Shown here: piece by piece, positions 18,458-27,374 of the stretch
Layout of the letters: each line of letters begins with the position of its first letter
Numbering within the stretch: the stretch's first letter is position 1
Source of the DNA: Verrucomicrobiota bacterium
GTDB lineage: Bacteria > Verrucomicrobiota > Verrucomicrobiia > Chthoniobacterales > UBA6821
Length of the DNA stretch: 64,000 bases
Assembly: GCA_008933015.1 (NCBI GenBank)
Contig: WBXH01000001.1
Coordinates: 3,576 to 67,575, forward strand
Direction of reading: 5' to 3'
Position numbers and translations under genes: made by a program
Notes under the pieces: model-generated
The model's database searches: none
Told to the model about the DNA's origin: nothing
Seen by the model: the letters and a program-made list of their open reading frames with translations, nothing else

Positions 18458-19654
18458 TTATTTGGGTGGAGCAACAAGTTTGATCCCGCGGCGAAGGAAT
18501 GTCGGAACATCAAGATCTTCGCCTTCGAAAATCGTGGGCTCGCTCTTGTCAAAACGACCACGCTGGTAAGAGTTCAGTTCAAGCACCCCTTGTGTTTGGT
18601 TGGTGGCAGAGGTTGATTTGACAGCGGGAGTTGTCTGCTTGGCCTTGTTAGCAATTTCTCTTTTAGGACGCATTTGCGTCGAAGTCACCGGGGAATCTTT
18701 GAGCACGACTCCCGAAAAATTATTTTCCTGCTCTGAAACTTCTGATTCATCGGTCGTGACAATGATGAAAATCTCAAGTTCTGAAGTTGAAAACGAATTC
18801 GCATCGACCCCCACTTTTATTTGACATTTTTTTCCTGCAATTCGTTCGATTTCCTCCACGGCAACTTGCATTTCAGCGAATGAAAGATCTTTGGGGCCTT
18901 TTAATAACAGCAGAATCATCCCAGCCTCGCTAATCACGGGGAGGCCCTCTTTCTTTTTCATCAGAGGGGAACGAAGCGCACGCTCAAGGGCTTCATGAAG
19001 ACGGTTACCCCCCTCTGACCGGCCATGTCCGAAATGCATCGGACTGGCTTTCCCCAATGCAAGGGCGAGATCACCGCGGGTGATCTTCATCGGACCGGTC
19101 GTGATTAGCATTCCCTGCACCGCTCTCACGGAAGAGTAAAGCAGGTCGTCTGAAAGTTGAAAAGCCGATCCCACCGAGGTTTGAGTGGGATCGGTTCCCG
19201 TAAGCCGATCGTTCTCGATGACCGCGACGGCATCACAGACACCCTGAAGTTTTTTTAAGGCAGAATTTGCCAGCTCCCTTTTCTGCTTTCCCTCAAATCC
19301 GAATGGGATGCCGACGCAGGCCAACGTGACCAATCCCATGGTCTTAGCACGAGCAGCCAGTAGCGGAATCATCAACGAAGCTGTGTCCCCTCCTAGTCCG
19401 GCACAGAATAGCACTGATGCGGATCCCTCAATGGCCTTTACAAAGTCATCCTCAATTGAAAGAAAGCCTTCCCTTACATCGCCGGGTGGCAGCGTCATCT
19501 TTTTCGTGACAATGGAGGCACCGAGGGATTCGGGATCATTATTTATAATTAGGGTGCCTGTCACACCTGGGTTTTCAATGTTCAGGCGATCCAGAATTCC
19601 GACTCCGGCGTTACCAACACCAATCAACATGCGCTGGCGAAGCTGACTTGTCAT
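18458..19654 (-). CDS. ftsZ: cell division protein FtsZ (divergent nucleotide-binding motifs)
   Basis: It occupies the terminal position of the dcw cluster after ftsA. FtsZ-fold blocks are present: [19 protein letters not shown], and SPLM...[15 protein letters not shown]. The C-terminal peptide is [11 protein letters not shown]. The G-box reads GGDTASL instead of GGGTGTG. Confidence 0.85.
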   Translation of the reverse strand: MTSQLRQRMLIGVGNAGVGILDRLNIENPGVTGTLIINNDPESLGASIVTKKMTLPPGDVREGFLSIEDDFVKAIEGSASVLFCAGLGGDTASLMIPLLAARAKTMGLVTLACVGIPFGFEGKQKRELANSALKKLQGVCDAVAVIENDRLTGTDPTQTSVGSAFQLSDDLLYSSVRAVQGMLITTGPMKITRGDLALALGKASPMHFGHGRSEGGNRLHEALERALRSPLMKKKEGLPVISEAGMILLLLKGPKDLSFAEMQVAVEEIERIAGKKCQIKVGVDANSFSTSELEIFIIVTTDESEVSEQENNFSGVVLKDSPVTSTQMRPKREIANKAKQTTPAVKSTSATNQTQGVLELNSYQRGRFDKSEPTIFEGEDLDVPTFLRRGIKLVAPPK

Positions 19655-20880
19655 CGGGACCTCCTGCGGAAAATACCCCCGATTCCCTTTGTTAATTTCT
19701 CAAAAACGCTCTCTTCTGGAATATTTTCGCTAACGGCCATCGCGTACTTTGTCAGTCCTATTGCGGTGGAGAACTGGGGGTTTTCAAAGGTCTGTGTGGC
19801 ACCGCCAACTTCCTTCGCTCTGGTCAGGTGGGCTGGAAGTTCAAAAACATCCTCCGCTACCGTAGCAATGCCCCGTAGACGTGAACTACCCCCCGTAATC
19901 ATCACTCCTGCACGCAGCATTCCGATCATTCCCTCATGCGATCCCTCGATGTCTTTTCTGACAAGTTCAAAGATTTCATGCACACGCTGATGAATGATGA
20001 TTTGTAGAGAAGTCTTGCTGATATCGCATCCAAGGAAGCCAAGATCATTTTTAAGTGTAATCGTGCCTAGGTCGGCACCTCCGGGATCGATTGCTGAACC
20101 CTCTTGGATTTTCAACAGTTCAGAGCGTTGCATGGGCAACCTCAGTCCGATGGAAATATCATTCGTGATGTGATCCCCTCCAAGGGGAAGAACTCCGGAA
20201 TGTCGGACCGATCCGTTGTAATAGACAAGAAAATCAGTCGTCCCCCCACCGATATCAATCACAAGAGCGCCTAGATCCTTCTGATGCTGCGTCACTGCTA
20301 CCTGGGAGCTGGCGAGAGAACTCAAAACCACATCCTCAATGCCAAGTTTCAGCGATTCGATGCACCGGAGAGTGTTGTGAATTCTTGTCTTGATCCCATG
20401 TACAATATGAAAATCAGCTTCCAAGGTCTGGCACTCCATGCTGATGGGATCAATGACATCCCTTCTGCCATCCACATGGTACCCTTGAAGGATCGTGTGA
20501 AGAAAAATGTTCTGCGCAGGCAGGGAGACTTCTTTGGCATTGGTTTCAACGGTCTTCAGATCTTCCTCGATGATGACATCGCGTTCTTCGGGGAGCATGA
20601 ATGCACCACGGTTATTGAAGCTTTTCAGATGGGATCCGGAAATCGCCACCCACACGTTGCGTATCTCTACGTTCGTCTTCTCCTCGGCATCTATAAGGGC
20701 CTCGTGAATGCATTCGCTGACCGTTGTGAGATCCACGATCTCTCCTTTGCGAACACCACGGGAGGGTGTTTCACCAACACCCAGGATGCTAATTGTGCCG
20801 TCAGACCTTCCTTCCGAGACAATAACGCAGATTTTCGTCGTTCCAATTTCAAGACCTACAAAGATTTGATCTGAAGGCAT
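19651..20880 (-). CDS. ftsA: cell division protein FtsA
   Basis: 409 aa with an actin-like ATPase fold (GLEIGTTKICV and VIDIGGGTTDF) and a C-terminal amphipathic helix (FEKLTKGIGGIFRR). Its stop forms an ATGA overlap with the ftsZ start. Confidence 0.9.
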   Translation of the reverse strand: MPSDQIFVGLEIGTTKICVIVSEGRSDGTISILGVGETPSRGVRKGEIVDLTTVSECIHEALIDAEEKTNVEIRNVWVAISGSHLKSFNNRGAFMLPEERDVIIEEDLKTVETNAKEVSLPAQNIFLHTILQGYHVDGRRDVIDPISMECQTLEADFHIVHGIKTRIHNTLRCIESLKLGIEDVVLSSLASSQVAVTQHQKDLGALVIDIGGGTTDFLVYYNGSVRHSGVLPLGGDHITNDISIGLRLPMQRSELLKIQEGSAIDPGGADLGTITLKNDLGFLGCDISKTSLQIIIHQRVHEIFELVRKDIEGSHEGMIGMLRAGVMITGGSSRLRGIATVAEDVFELPAHLTRAKEVGGATQTFENPQFSTAIGLTKYAMAVSENIPEESVFEKLTKGIGGIFRRRSR

Positions 20881-20892
20881 GGAAGTAGTTTT

Positions 20893-21846
20893 TTACTTTT
20901 GAGTTCCCTTTTTCCCAGAATTTAACGGCATAATCTTAGCGCTCGTCTTCTCAGGTGTGAGTACAAAGGTCACGGGAGTGTTCCGCGCGATCATCAGATT
21001 GGCAGTTTCTAGGTGCCTCCCTGTTTCCTGACAGTGCTCCAGTAATTTTCTCAAACGTTCAATCTGCGAAGGGATGTCCTTTCTTCCAAAGGTGAATCTC
21101 GCATTTGAAGCATCGGTAACCACGACGGAGTAGGGTTTGGAAGCATCTATCGTGCGGATCTTGAATGTATCCTCTGGAATTTCAGAGAGAGCTTTCTGAA
21201 GGTGCAGAGCAAAATGAACACGTTCATTCTCCATGCGCTTGCCGGATACCGTATCGGACATATCAATTCCCTGGAGCGTCGGAAGGTTCAAAAACTCGGG
21301 ATTCAATCTTGTGGGTACGAACAAATATCCGTTTTCATCGCAGAGGAAACTCTTCCCGGGAATATAAGTGTCACCCTCGGCGTCCTCATTGTTTACTAGA
21401 ATTAGGAAGACCGGATGGCGGCGCTCTAAGTCAACCTTGATGGTATCAGGAAGAATGCGTTCAAGGTTCACAGAGAGAACCTCCGGATGAGCAGTCAGTT
21501 TCTTATTGGCCTGATCCAGATCGAGGAGAAAGAGATTTTGACCGTTGGTGAATCCTGTTGCCTGCACAAACTCCTCCATGTTCATGATGCCGTCAAAGTG
21601 AGCTTCAATGTGCTTGAGCGAGTATTCGCTGTTTTTAAAAAAGAATTTTTGAGCGGCTAACCTTCCAGCTCCGGCCAAAAGACACAAAATGATCACAGTT
21701 GAAAAAACCTTCCAGAGCAGATTCCCTGCCTTCTGGCGTCTTTGTCGTTTAAGACTAGCCGTGCGGACATTGAGCTCCATGAGGTGCTGCCGTCCCGGGG
21801 ATCTCCCCACTTTTCTGCGATTCAATCCGGAACGTTTTGTGTTCAT
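20893..21846 (-). CDS. ftsQ: cell division protein FtsQ (POTRA domain, bitopic)
   Basis: It sits between ddl and ftsA. It has a basic N-terminus, a single TM segment (VFSTVIILCLLAGAG), and a POTRA-like region. I chose the start at 21846 (MNTKRSG) because it forms an ATGA overlap with the ddl stop. Confidence 0.7.
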   Translation of the reverse strand: MNTKRSGLNRRKVGRSPGRQHLMELNVRTASLKRQRRQKAGNLLWKVFSTVIILCLLAGAGRLAAQKFFFKNSEYSLKHIEAHFDGIMNMEEFVQATGFTNGQNLFLLDLDQANKKLTAHPEVLSVNLERILPDTIKVDLERRHPVFLILVNNEDAEGDTYIPGKSFLCDENGYLFVPTRLNPEFLNLPTLQGIDMSDTVSGKRMENERVHFALHLQKALSEIPEDTFKIRTIDASKPYSVVVTDASNARFTFGRKDIPSQIERLRKLLEHCQETGRHLETANLMIARNTPVTFVLTPEKTSAKIMPLNSGKKGTQK

Positions 21847-22757
21847 ACGGGTTTGGCAAGCGATAGTGCAGCTATTCTGCAGCAAAGTGAGATAAAATCC
21901 AGTCCGACGAAGGCCGCAGCCTTAGGAAGAAGGCTCGTCTCCGTCATTCCGGGAATCGTATTGATTTCAAGGACCGTGGGGCCCGATTCTGCGAGGAGAA
22001 CATCAACGCGACAATAGACCTTCAATCCCAGCGCTCTGGTAGCAGCTAGAGCGACCTCTTGCACGCAAGATGTCTCGGAAGTCGTCAAGGGAGCGGGCAC
22101 CAGATACTGAGTCGCTCCTTTGGTGTACTTGTTGGTGTAATCATAAAAACCTTCATGGGGTTTTATTTCAACAACCGGTAACGCTTCGGTCCCTAAAATA
22201 CCGACCGTTAGTTCTCTCCCGGACACGAGTTCTTCCACAAGAATCTCCTCTCCATAAAGGAAGCAATCAGACATTGCTGGAGCAATTTTTTCACCGCTGT
22301 GAATCAAGTGCACCCCAACACTCGATCCCTGCTTTGGAGCTTTGATGACAATCGGTAAGGACAAGGAGGGCATTTCTCCCTTTCTTAAGATTTCCCAACG
22401 GGGTGTTGGAACTCCGTACTTTTCGAGTGCTTTTTTTGTAAGGATTTTGTCGAAAGCCAGACGGCTTTCTGCCGCCCCCTCGCCCGTGTAGGCAATGCCC
22501 ATAACGTCCAGAATCTGCTGCAAAGCCCCGTCTTCCCCGAATGTTCCGTGAATGAGATTAAATACTAATTCCGTCCCTTCCGGGATCAAAACATCGCAAT
22601 TTTCCACCTTGATCTCCCTCACCCTAGCCCCGGAAGAACGCAGCGCTGCCGATACTGCCGCACCCGAACGCATGGATACCTCGGCCTCGGCTCCCGGCCC
22701 ACCCATCAGGACTGTCAGATTGCGGTCACACGGATCATATGGCGAGAGTTTGCTCAT
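21843..22757 (-). CDS. ddl: D-alanine--D-alanine ligase
   Basis: 304 aa with an ATP-grasp fold (HG.FGEDG, KP...GSS.G, and the C-terminal NT.PGMT..S). Confidence 0.9.
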   Translation of the reverse strand: MSKLSPYDPCDRNLTVLMGGPGAEAEVSMRSGAAVSAALRSSGARVREIKVENCDVLIPEGTELVFNLIHGTFGEDGALQQILDVMGIAYTGEGAAESRLAFDKILTKKALEKYGVPTPRWEILRKGEMPSLSLPIVIKAPKQGSSVGVHLIHSGEKIAPAMSDCFLYGEEILVEELVSGRELTVGILGTEALPVVEIKPHEGFYDYTNKYTKGATQYLVPAPLTTSETSCVQEVALAATRALGLKVYCRVDVLLAESGPTVLEINTIPGMTETSLLPKAAAFVGLDFISLCCRIAALSLAKPV

Positions 22758-22769
22758 TTCAGGGGCATC

Positions 22770-25103
22770 TTATTCTGTTTGATCCAATCCAATGATACTG
22801 ACTTCTGTTTCCAAAAGAACCCCCCTCTTTTCAAGGGCCGCATCCCTTACCTGTTGGATGAGTCCGAGAATCTCGGAGGCTGTTGCATTGCCATCGTTAA
22901 CAATGAAATTGGCATGGATATCGGAGACACGAGCTCCTCCAAGGGAGTGATTTTTCAGTCCAAGTTCGTCTATGAGTCGACCGGCCGAGATACCTGAGGG
23001 ATTTTTGAACACGCAACCGGAACTTGCCGCTACAGGCTGGCTTTCTTTGCGATGCCTGAGTGAGGTGGCAAGAAGGTCGTCTATTGTCTCAGTGCTTGCT
23101 GGCACCCCGATCAAGGTTGCTGAGAGTGCAAAGTGATCCTTAAGCAGAGGAATGTCACGATATCGGACTTCCATCTCGGCCGGAGTACGTGAAATGATAT
23201 TTCCGTCGCTGTCGGAGAAACGAATGCTCTCCACTTGTTCAAAAGTCTGGACTCCCATTGCCCCGGCATTCATACGGAGGGCACCACCAAGATTTCCGGG
23301 AATCCCATCCATCCATTCGAATCCGGTCAGACCGGCATTGCGCGCTGTGGCGGCCAGTTGCTTCAGTTTCACACCAACACCAACTGTGATTTTATTTCCT
23401 AGGACGCGGCATTCGGAAAAACAACCACGGGCCAAATGAGCCACAACCCCGGGAAATCCTCCATCTCTCACGATCAGGTTGGATCCCCTGCCCATGACCA
23501 TGAAGGGAATATTTTCATCATGGCAGAAACGAACCAGCTCGGAAAATCCCTCCTCGGTCTCCGGTTCAACCCAGAACCGGGCAGGCCCCCCCACCCTCAT
23601 GGTGGTGTGCTTTGAAAGCGGTTCGGAAAAACGCAGGGAGCCTGATCCGACAACTTCCCGTAGTCGTGCTCCCAACTGTAGTTCTTCAGCCAAGTAGGAG
23701 GCCGCTTCATGAATATTCCCCGCTCCAAGAGTAAGAAGTAAATCTCCCTCTTTCAGACAGGCCGCAACCGCATTGGCACCCTTCTTTAAGGAACCAACAG
23801 TGGCGATTGAAGGATGTCCATCCGCTTTCGCAGCCATGACGATCGACCCGGCATCAGCCCCCTCAATCGGGTTCTCTCCCGCTGAATAAACGGGCGTGAC
23901 AAACACAACGTCCGCATCCCGGAAGGCCTTTCCGAATTGCTCCCGTAAGGCTGCGGTCCGAGTGAATCGGTGCGGCTGAAATAGAACAACCAATCTACCT
24001 TTTCCAGTGAGGCCTTTGCGGGCTGTGGCAAGCGTGGCCTGGATTTCTGTCGGGTGATGTCCATAGTCATCAAAAATCCTGTTTGAAGGATCGTGATACT
24101 TCAGTTCAAACCGACGTTTTGCTCCACGAAAAGATTCAAGAGCTGTTGCAATTGTCTCAAATTGAATTCCGAGATCACAAGCCAGAGCGATGACGAGCAT
24201 TGCATTGCTGGCGTTATGAGCTCCCGAAATACCCAACAGAACGCTGCCGAGTAACTCCTCTCCTTTAAAAACAGCGAAGCGGGTCACAAATCCGTTCTCC
24301 TCTAGCCCCTCGATCCTGTAACGGCATTGCTTACTGGTTCCCACAGGAATAGAGCGCTCGTGAGAAGAACAGACCCGGGAGGCTCCCTCGTCATCAGCCC
24401 AATAATAAACATTTCCGGAGGTCTGGCTGAGAAGTTGACCAAAGACCCTGTTAATCGCCTCAATATCTTCGTAATGATCGAGGTGTTCCGGTTCAATATT
24501 GAGCAGAAGCGCATGACTTGGATGGTAATGCACCAACGTTCCGTCGCTTTCATCCCCCTCCGCCACAAAATATTTACCTTCGGAAACCCATCTCGCATTC
24601 GTACCCAGAATTGGAATTTCGGCTCCCACATAATGGGACGGTTTCAATCCCCCTGCTCGTAGAACGTGAGCGGCCATAGCTGATGTGGTTGTTTTCCCAT
24701 GCATCCCACAGACAACGATCCCTTCTTTTCCGGACATCACTGCAGCAAGAATCTCGGCGCGTCGGGCTAACTTTTTACCAAGAGATAATGCTGTATCCAG
24801 GGCAGGATTTCCGGGATGGATCGCGGAGGAATAAATCACCAATTCTGCTAGCTCGACAAGCTTGGTACCGTGCGGAGTTTCAAATTCCAGTCCTTTGCGC
24901 CTCAGACGATCAATCTCAAGCGTTTCGACCTTGTCGGATCCCGTGACATGATGACCAAGGGCCAACAAGAGTGCCGCAATACCGCTCATTCCAGAACCTG
25001 CAACCCCGATAAGATGGATACGCCGGGGTTCATGCCCAAGCAAAAAAGAAGCCAGAGCCTCAGGTTCAGTAACGGCAGCATGCGAACCCGTAACAAGGCT
25101 CAT
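22770..25103 (-). CDS. murC-murB: bifunctional MurC-MurB fusion: UDP-N-acetylmuramate--L-alanine ligase (N-terminal) and UDP-N-acetylenolpyruvoylglucosamine reductase (C-terminal)
   Basis: 777 aa. Residues 1-~475 are MurC (GVAGSGMSGIA, GMHGKTTTS, DDYGHHPTE). Residues ~489-777 are MurB (HTTMRVGGPA, GRGSNLIVRDGG, and the C-terminal SGCVFKNP). Confidence 0.9.
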   Translation of the reverse strand: MSLVTGSHAAVTEPEALASFLLGHEPRRIHLIGVAGSGMSGIAALLLALGHHVTGSDKVETLEIDRLRRKGLEFETPHGTKLVELAELVIYSSAIHPGNPALDTALSLGKKLARRAEILAAVMSGKEGIVVCGMHGKTTTSAMAAHVLRAGGLKPSHYVGAEIPILGTNARWVSEGKYFVAEGDESDGTLVHYHPSHALLLNIEPEHLDHYEDIEAINRVFGQLLSQTSGNVYYWADDEGASRVCSSHERSIPVGTSKQCRYRIEGLEENGFVTRFAVFKGEELLGSVLLGISGAHNASNAMLVIALACDLGIQFETIATALESFRGAKRRFELKYHDPSNRIFDDYGHHPTEIQATLATARKGLTGKGRLVVLFQPHRFTRTAALREQFGKAFRDADVVFVTPVYSAGENPIEGADAGSIVMAAKADGHPSIATVGSLKKGANAVAACLKEGDLLLTLGAGNIHEAASYLAEELQLGARLREVVGSGSLRFSEPLSKHTTMRVGGPARFWVEPETEEGFSELVRFCHDENIPFMVMGRGSNLIVRDGGFPGVVAHLARGCFSECRVLGNKITVGVGVKLKQLAATARNAGLTGFEWMDGIPGNLGGALRMNAGAMGVQTFEQVESIRFSDSDGNIISRTPAEMEVRYRDIPLLKDHFALSATLIGVPASTETIDDLLATSLRHRKESQPVAASSGCVFKNPSGISAGRLIDELGLKNHSLGGARVSDIHANFIVNDGNATASEILGLIQQVRDAALEKRGVLLETEVSIIGLDQTE

Positions 25104-26203
25104 CTTCCTGCCTCCTCAAGGACATCGGCAACGCGCTCCGCAGCTCCACGAGGCAATATTCCTTGCGCTGCCTCGGCCATTCGTGACCTTCGTCTCTCGT
25201 CGTTGAGAAGATTTCTAATTAGAAGGGCGACAGCCTCCGGTTCTGTCGACTTCTCCTCAAGTATCTCCGCAGCATGGCAATTACGGAAGGCTTCCGCATT
25301 CCGGTGCTGGTGCTGATCGGCTGCGAATGGGAAGGGAATAAGGATGGATGGCAGGCCAAATTGAGAAATCTCGCTCAAACTTGCGGCTCCGGCTCTGGAG
25401 ACAACAAGATCCGCGGCAGAATAGACTTCGGCCATCCGGTGATGAAAAGGTGAAACGTGGGCCCTGATACCCTCCCGCTGATAATTGATGGCAGCAAGGT
25501 TGTCATCCCTGTCGCCCGTAAGATGAATGATCTGGATCGGTTCTCCCTTCAAAAATACTGCTGCTCGGAAAAGCAGTTGATTAATCCCTGCAGCTCCCTG
25601 ACTGCCTCCCATCACCAGCAGTGTGGGAAGATTTGGATCCAAGCCAAATGCGGTACGGGCTTCGTATTTCGATAGGGGGATACCCAAGTCTTTACGAACG
25701 GGCGTTCCAGTAATAATGCACTCCCTGCCTTGAAAGGATGCCTCGCAGTCTTGCAACCCCAAGAGGACCTTGTTCGTCCATCGGGCGGCAAGCTTGTTGG
25801 CCCTACCAGGGATTGCATTGGACTCGTGAAGGAAACAGGGAATCTTTCTCAGGTGAGCTGCAAGCAGTGGTGCTGCCGATGTGAACCCACCCATACCAAG
25901 GACAGCAGAGGGAAGATAACGTGAGTAAAGATGACTGCAGGTGGAAAAACTTTCCCAACTTCTCTTGATGAATCTTGCGAATGCCGGGGAGAGAATCGAG
26001 GGCATTCCTATGGACGGAAGTTTTTCACGTCTGAATTCGGGATGATCCCTTAGTGCGGTTGCATCAATCTCCTTTTCGGATACGAGCAGCATCACTCCAT
26101 GACCGCGTCCGTGAAGCGTCTCCGCAACGGCCAGACCGGGGAAAAGATGTCCTCCAGTTCCGCCGCAAGCGATAATGAATTGTTTGGGAACACCCATTCT
26201 CAA
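25100..26203 (-). CDS. murG: undecaprenyl-PP-MurNAc-pentapeptide GlcNAc transferase MurG
   Basis: 367 aa with GGTGGHLFP at the N-terminus and a GT28 C-terminal domain. Its stop forms an ATGA overlap with the murC-murB start. Confidence 0.9.
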   Translation of the reverse strand: MRMGVPKQFIIACGGTGGHLFPGLAVAETLHGRGHGVMLLVSEKEIDATALRDHPEFRREKLPSIGMPSILSPAFARFIKRSWESFSTCSHLYSRYLPSAVLGMGGFTSAAPLLAAHLRKIPCFLHESNAIPGRANKLAARWTNKVLLGLQDCEASFQGRECIITGTPVRKDLGIPLSKYEARTAFGLDPNLPTLLVMGGSQGAAGINQLLFRAAVFLKGEPIQIIHLTGDRDDNLAAINYQREGIRAHVSPFHHRMAEVYSAADLVVSRAGAASLSEISQFGLPSILIPFPFAADQHQHRNAEAFRNCHAAEILEEKSTEPEAVALLIRNLLNDERRRSRMAEAAQGILPRGAAERVADVLEEAGR

Positions 26204-26207
26204 AAGA

Positions 26208-27353
26208 TTAGATTCTCGGAACTGAACGCGCAGCCAGCACGATGTGGCGCTCTGGGAGAGGGGCGATCGGTATTCCTATGCGGTGAATATTGACGAGGAT
26301 TCCTACCATGAAAAGACATACGGCAAGGTTGCTGCCGCCGTAACTGATAAACGGCAAAGGCATTCCCTTGTTCGGAAGCAGTGAAGTGGTCATCCCTATA
26401 TTGACCGCTGCCTGAAGCGAGATCAATAGGATGATTCCCAGGGCAAGTAGTTTTCCAAAACGATCCTTTGCATTCGCGGCAATAAGGCCGGCGCAAAGGA
26501 TGATAAGAATGAATCCGAGAACGACAAGCCAGGTGAAGAGAAGTCCTAGTTCCTCGCCGATCATGGGAAAGATGAAGTCTGTGTGGGCGTACGGTAGATA
26601 AAGCAGTTTTTGGCGACCATTCCCCAGACCAAGTCCCTCGAATCCTCCGGAACCAAAGGCGATGAGGGCCTGCCACTGTTGAAGCCCCTTGCCCAATCTG
26701 TCCGCCTCCGGATGCAAGAAACTCATCATGCGGGCGGCGCGCTCTGGGATAAACATGGCTACTGAAAGCAAACCTGCCAATCCGGTACCGAAAAAACCTG
26801 CAATCAAGATCCAATTAGCGCCCCCTATAAAGCACATGAAAAGGGTTGTGGCACCGATGAGTGCGGCAGTGCCAAGATCGACCTCTTTTGCGATCAGTCC
26901 TATCAGAATGGCAACGATTCCAAAGGGGATCAAAAATCCCTGAAGAAATTTACGGGGATCCGTCTCCTGGCGGGAAAACCACCAAGCGACAAAAAATACT
27001 GCCGCAATCTTTGCAAGTTCACTTGGCTGGAACGGCATGAACAATAGTTTAACCCAGCGGTGGGAGCCGTTGATCTTCATTCCGATATGAGGAACGAAGC
27101 ACAGAACCAAAAGCACGGCGGAGACCCCGAACCAGATTTTCCATGTGCGTTGCCACAAATGATAATCGGTCAGGGCTCCAAGAATGCACACTCCAATTCC
27201 TATGATCAGCCAGAAGACATCCTTTTTGATAAAATAGTACATGTCGCCATGTGCCTCTTGGGCGTAGGCGCTGGTACTGAAGAGCATCACCAACCCGAGC
27301 GCAACTAATCCCACCACTGAGATCAGTAGAAGGTAGATGCTACAACGTTGCAT
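26208..27353 (-). CDS. ftsW: SEDS-family lipid II polymerase/flippase FtsW
   Basis: 381 aa, polytopic. SEDS motifs are present (QPSELAK, HTDFIF...EELG, LPNKGMPLPFISYGGS). Confidence 0.9.
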   Translation of the reverse strand: MQRCSIYLLLISVVGLVALGLVMLFSTSAYAQEAHGDMYYFIKKDVFWLIIGIGVCILGALTDYHLWQRTWKIWFGVSAVLLVLCFVPHIGMKINGSHRWVKLLFMPFQPSELAKIAAVFFVAWWFSRQETDPRKFLQGFLIPFGIVAILIGLIAKEVDLGTAALIGATTLFMCFIGGANWILIAGFFGTGLAGLLSVAMFIPERAARMMSFLHPEADRLGKGLQQWQALIAFGSGGFEGLGLGNGRQKLLYLPYAHTDFIFPMIGEELGLLFTWLVVLGFILIILCAGLIAANAKDRFGKLLALGIILLISLQAAVNIGMTTSLLPNKGMPLPFISYGGSNLAVCLFMVGILVNIHRIGIPIAPLPERHIVLAARSVPRI

Positions 27354-27374
27354 AGGGTTTTCCCGTGTGAATTT

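Noticed and set aside
26200-26814. A 204-aa ORF on the same strand as ftsW but in another frame.
   Set aside because: The ftsW frame has clear SEDS motifs across this interval. The alternative frame is Arg/His/Pro-rich with no motif.
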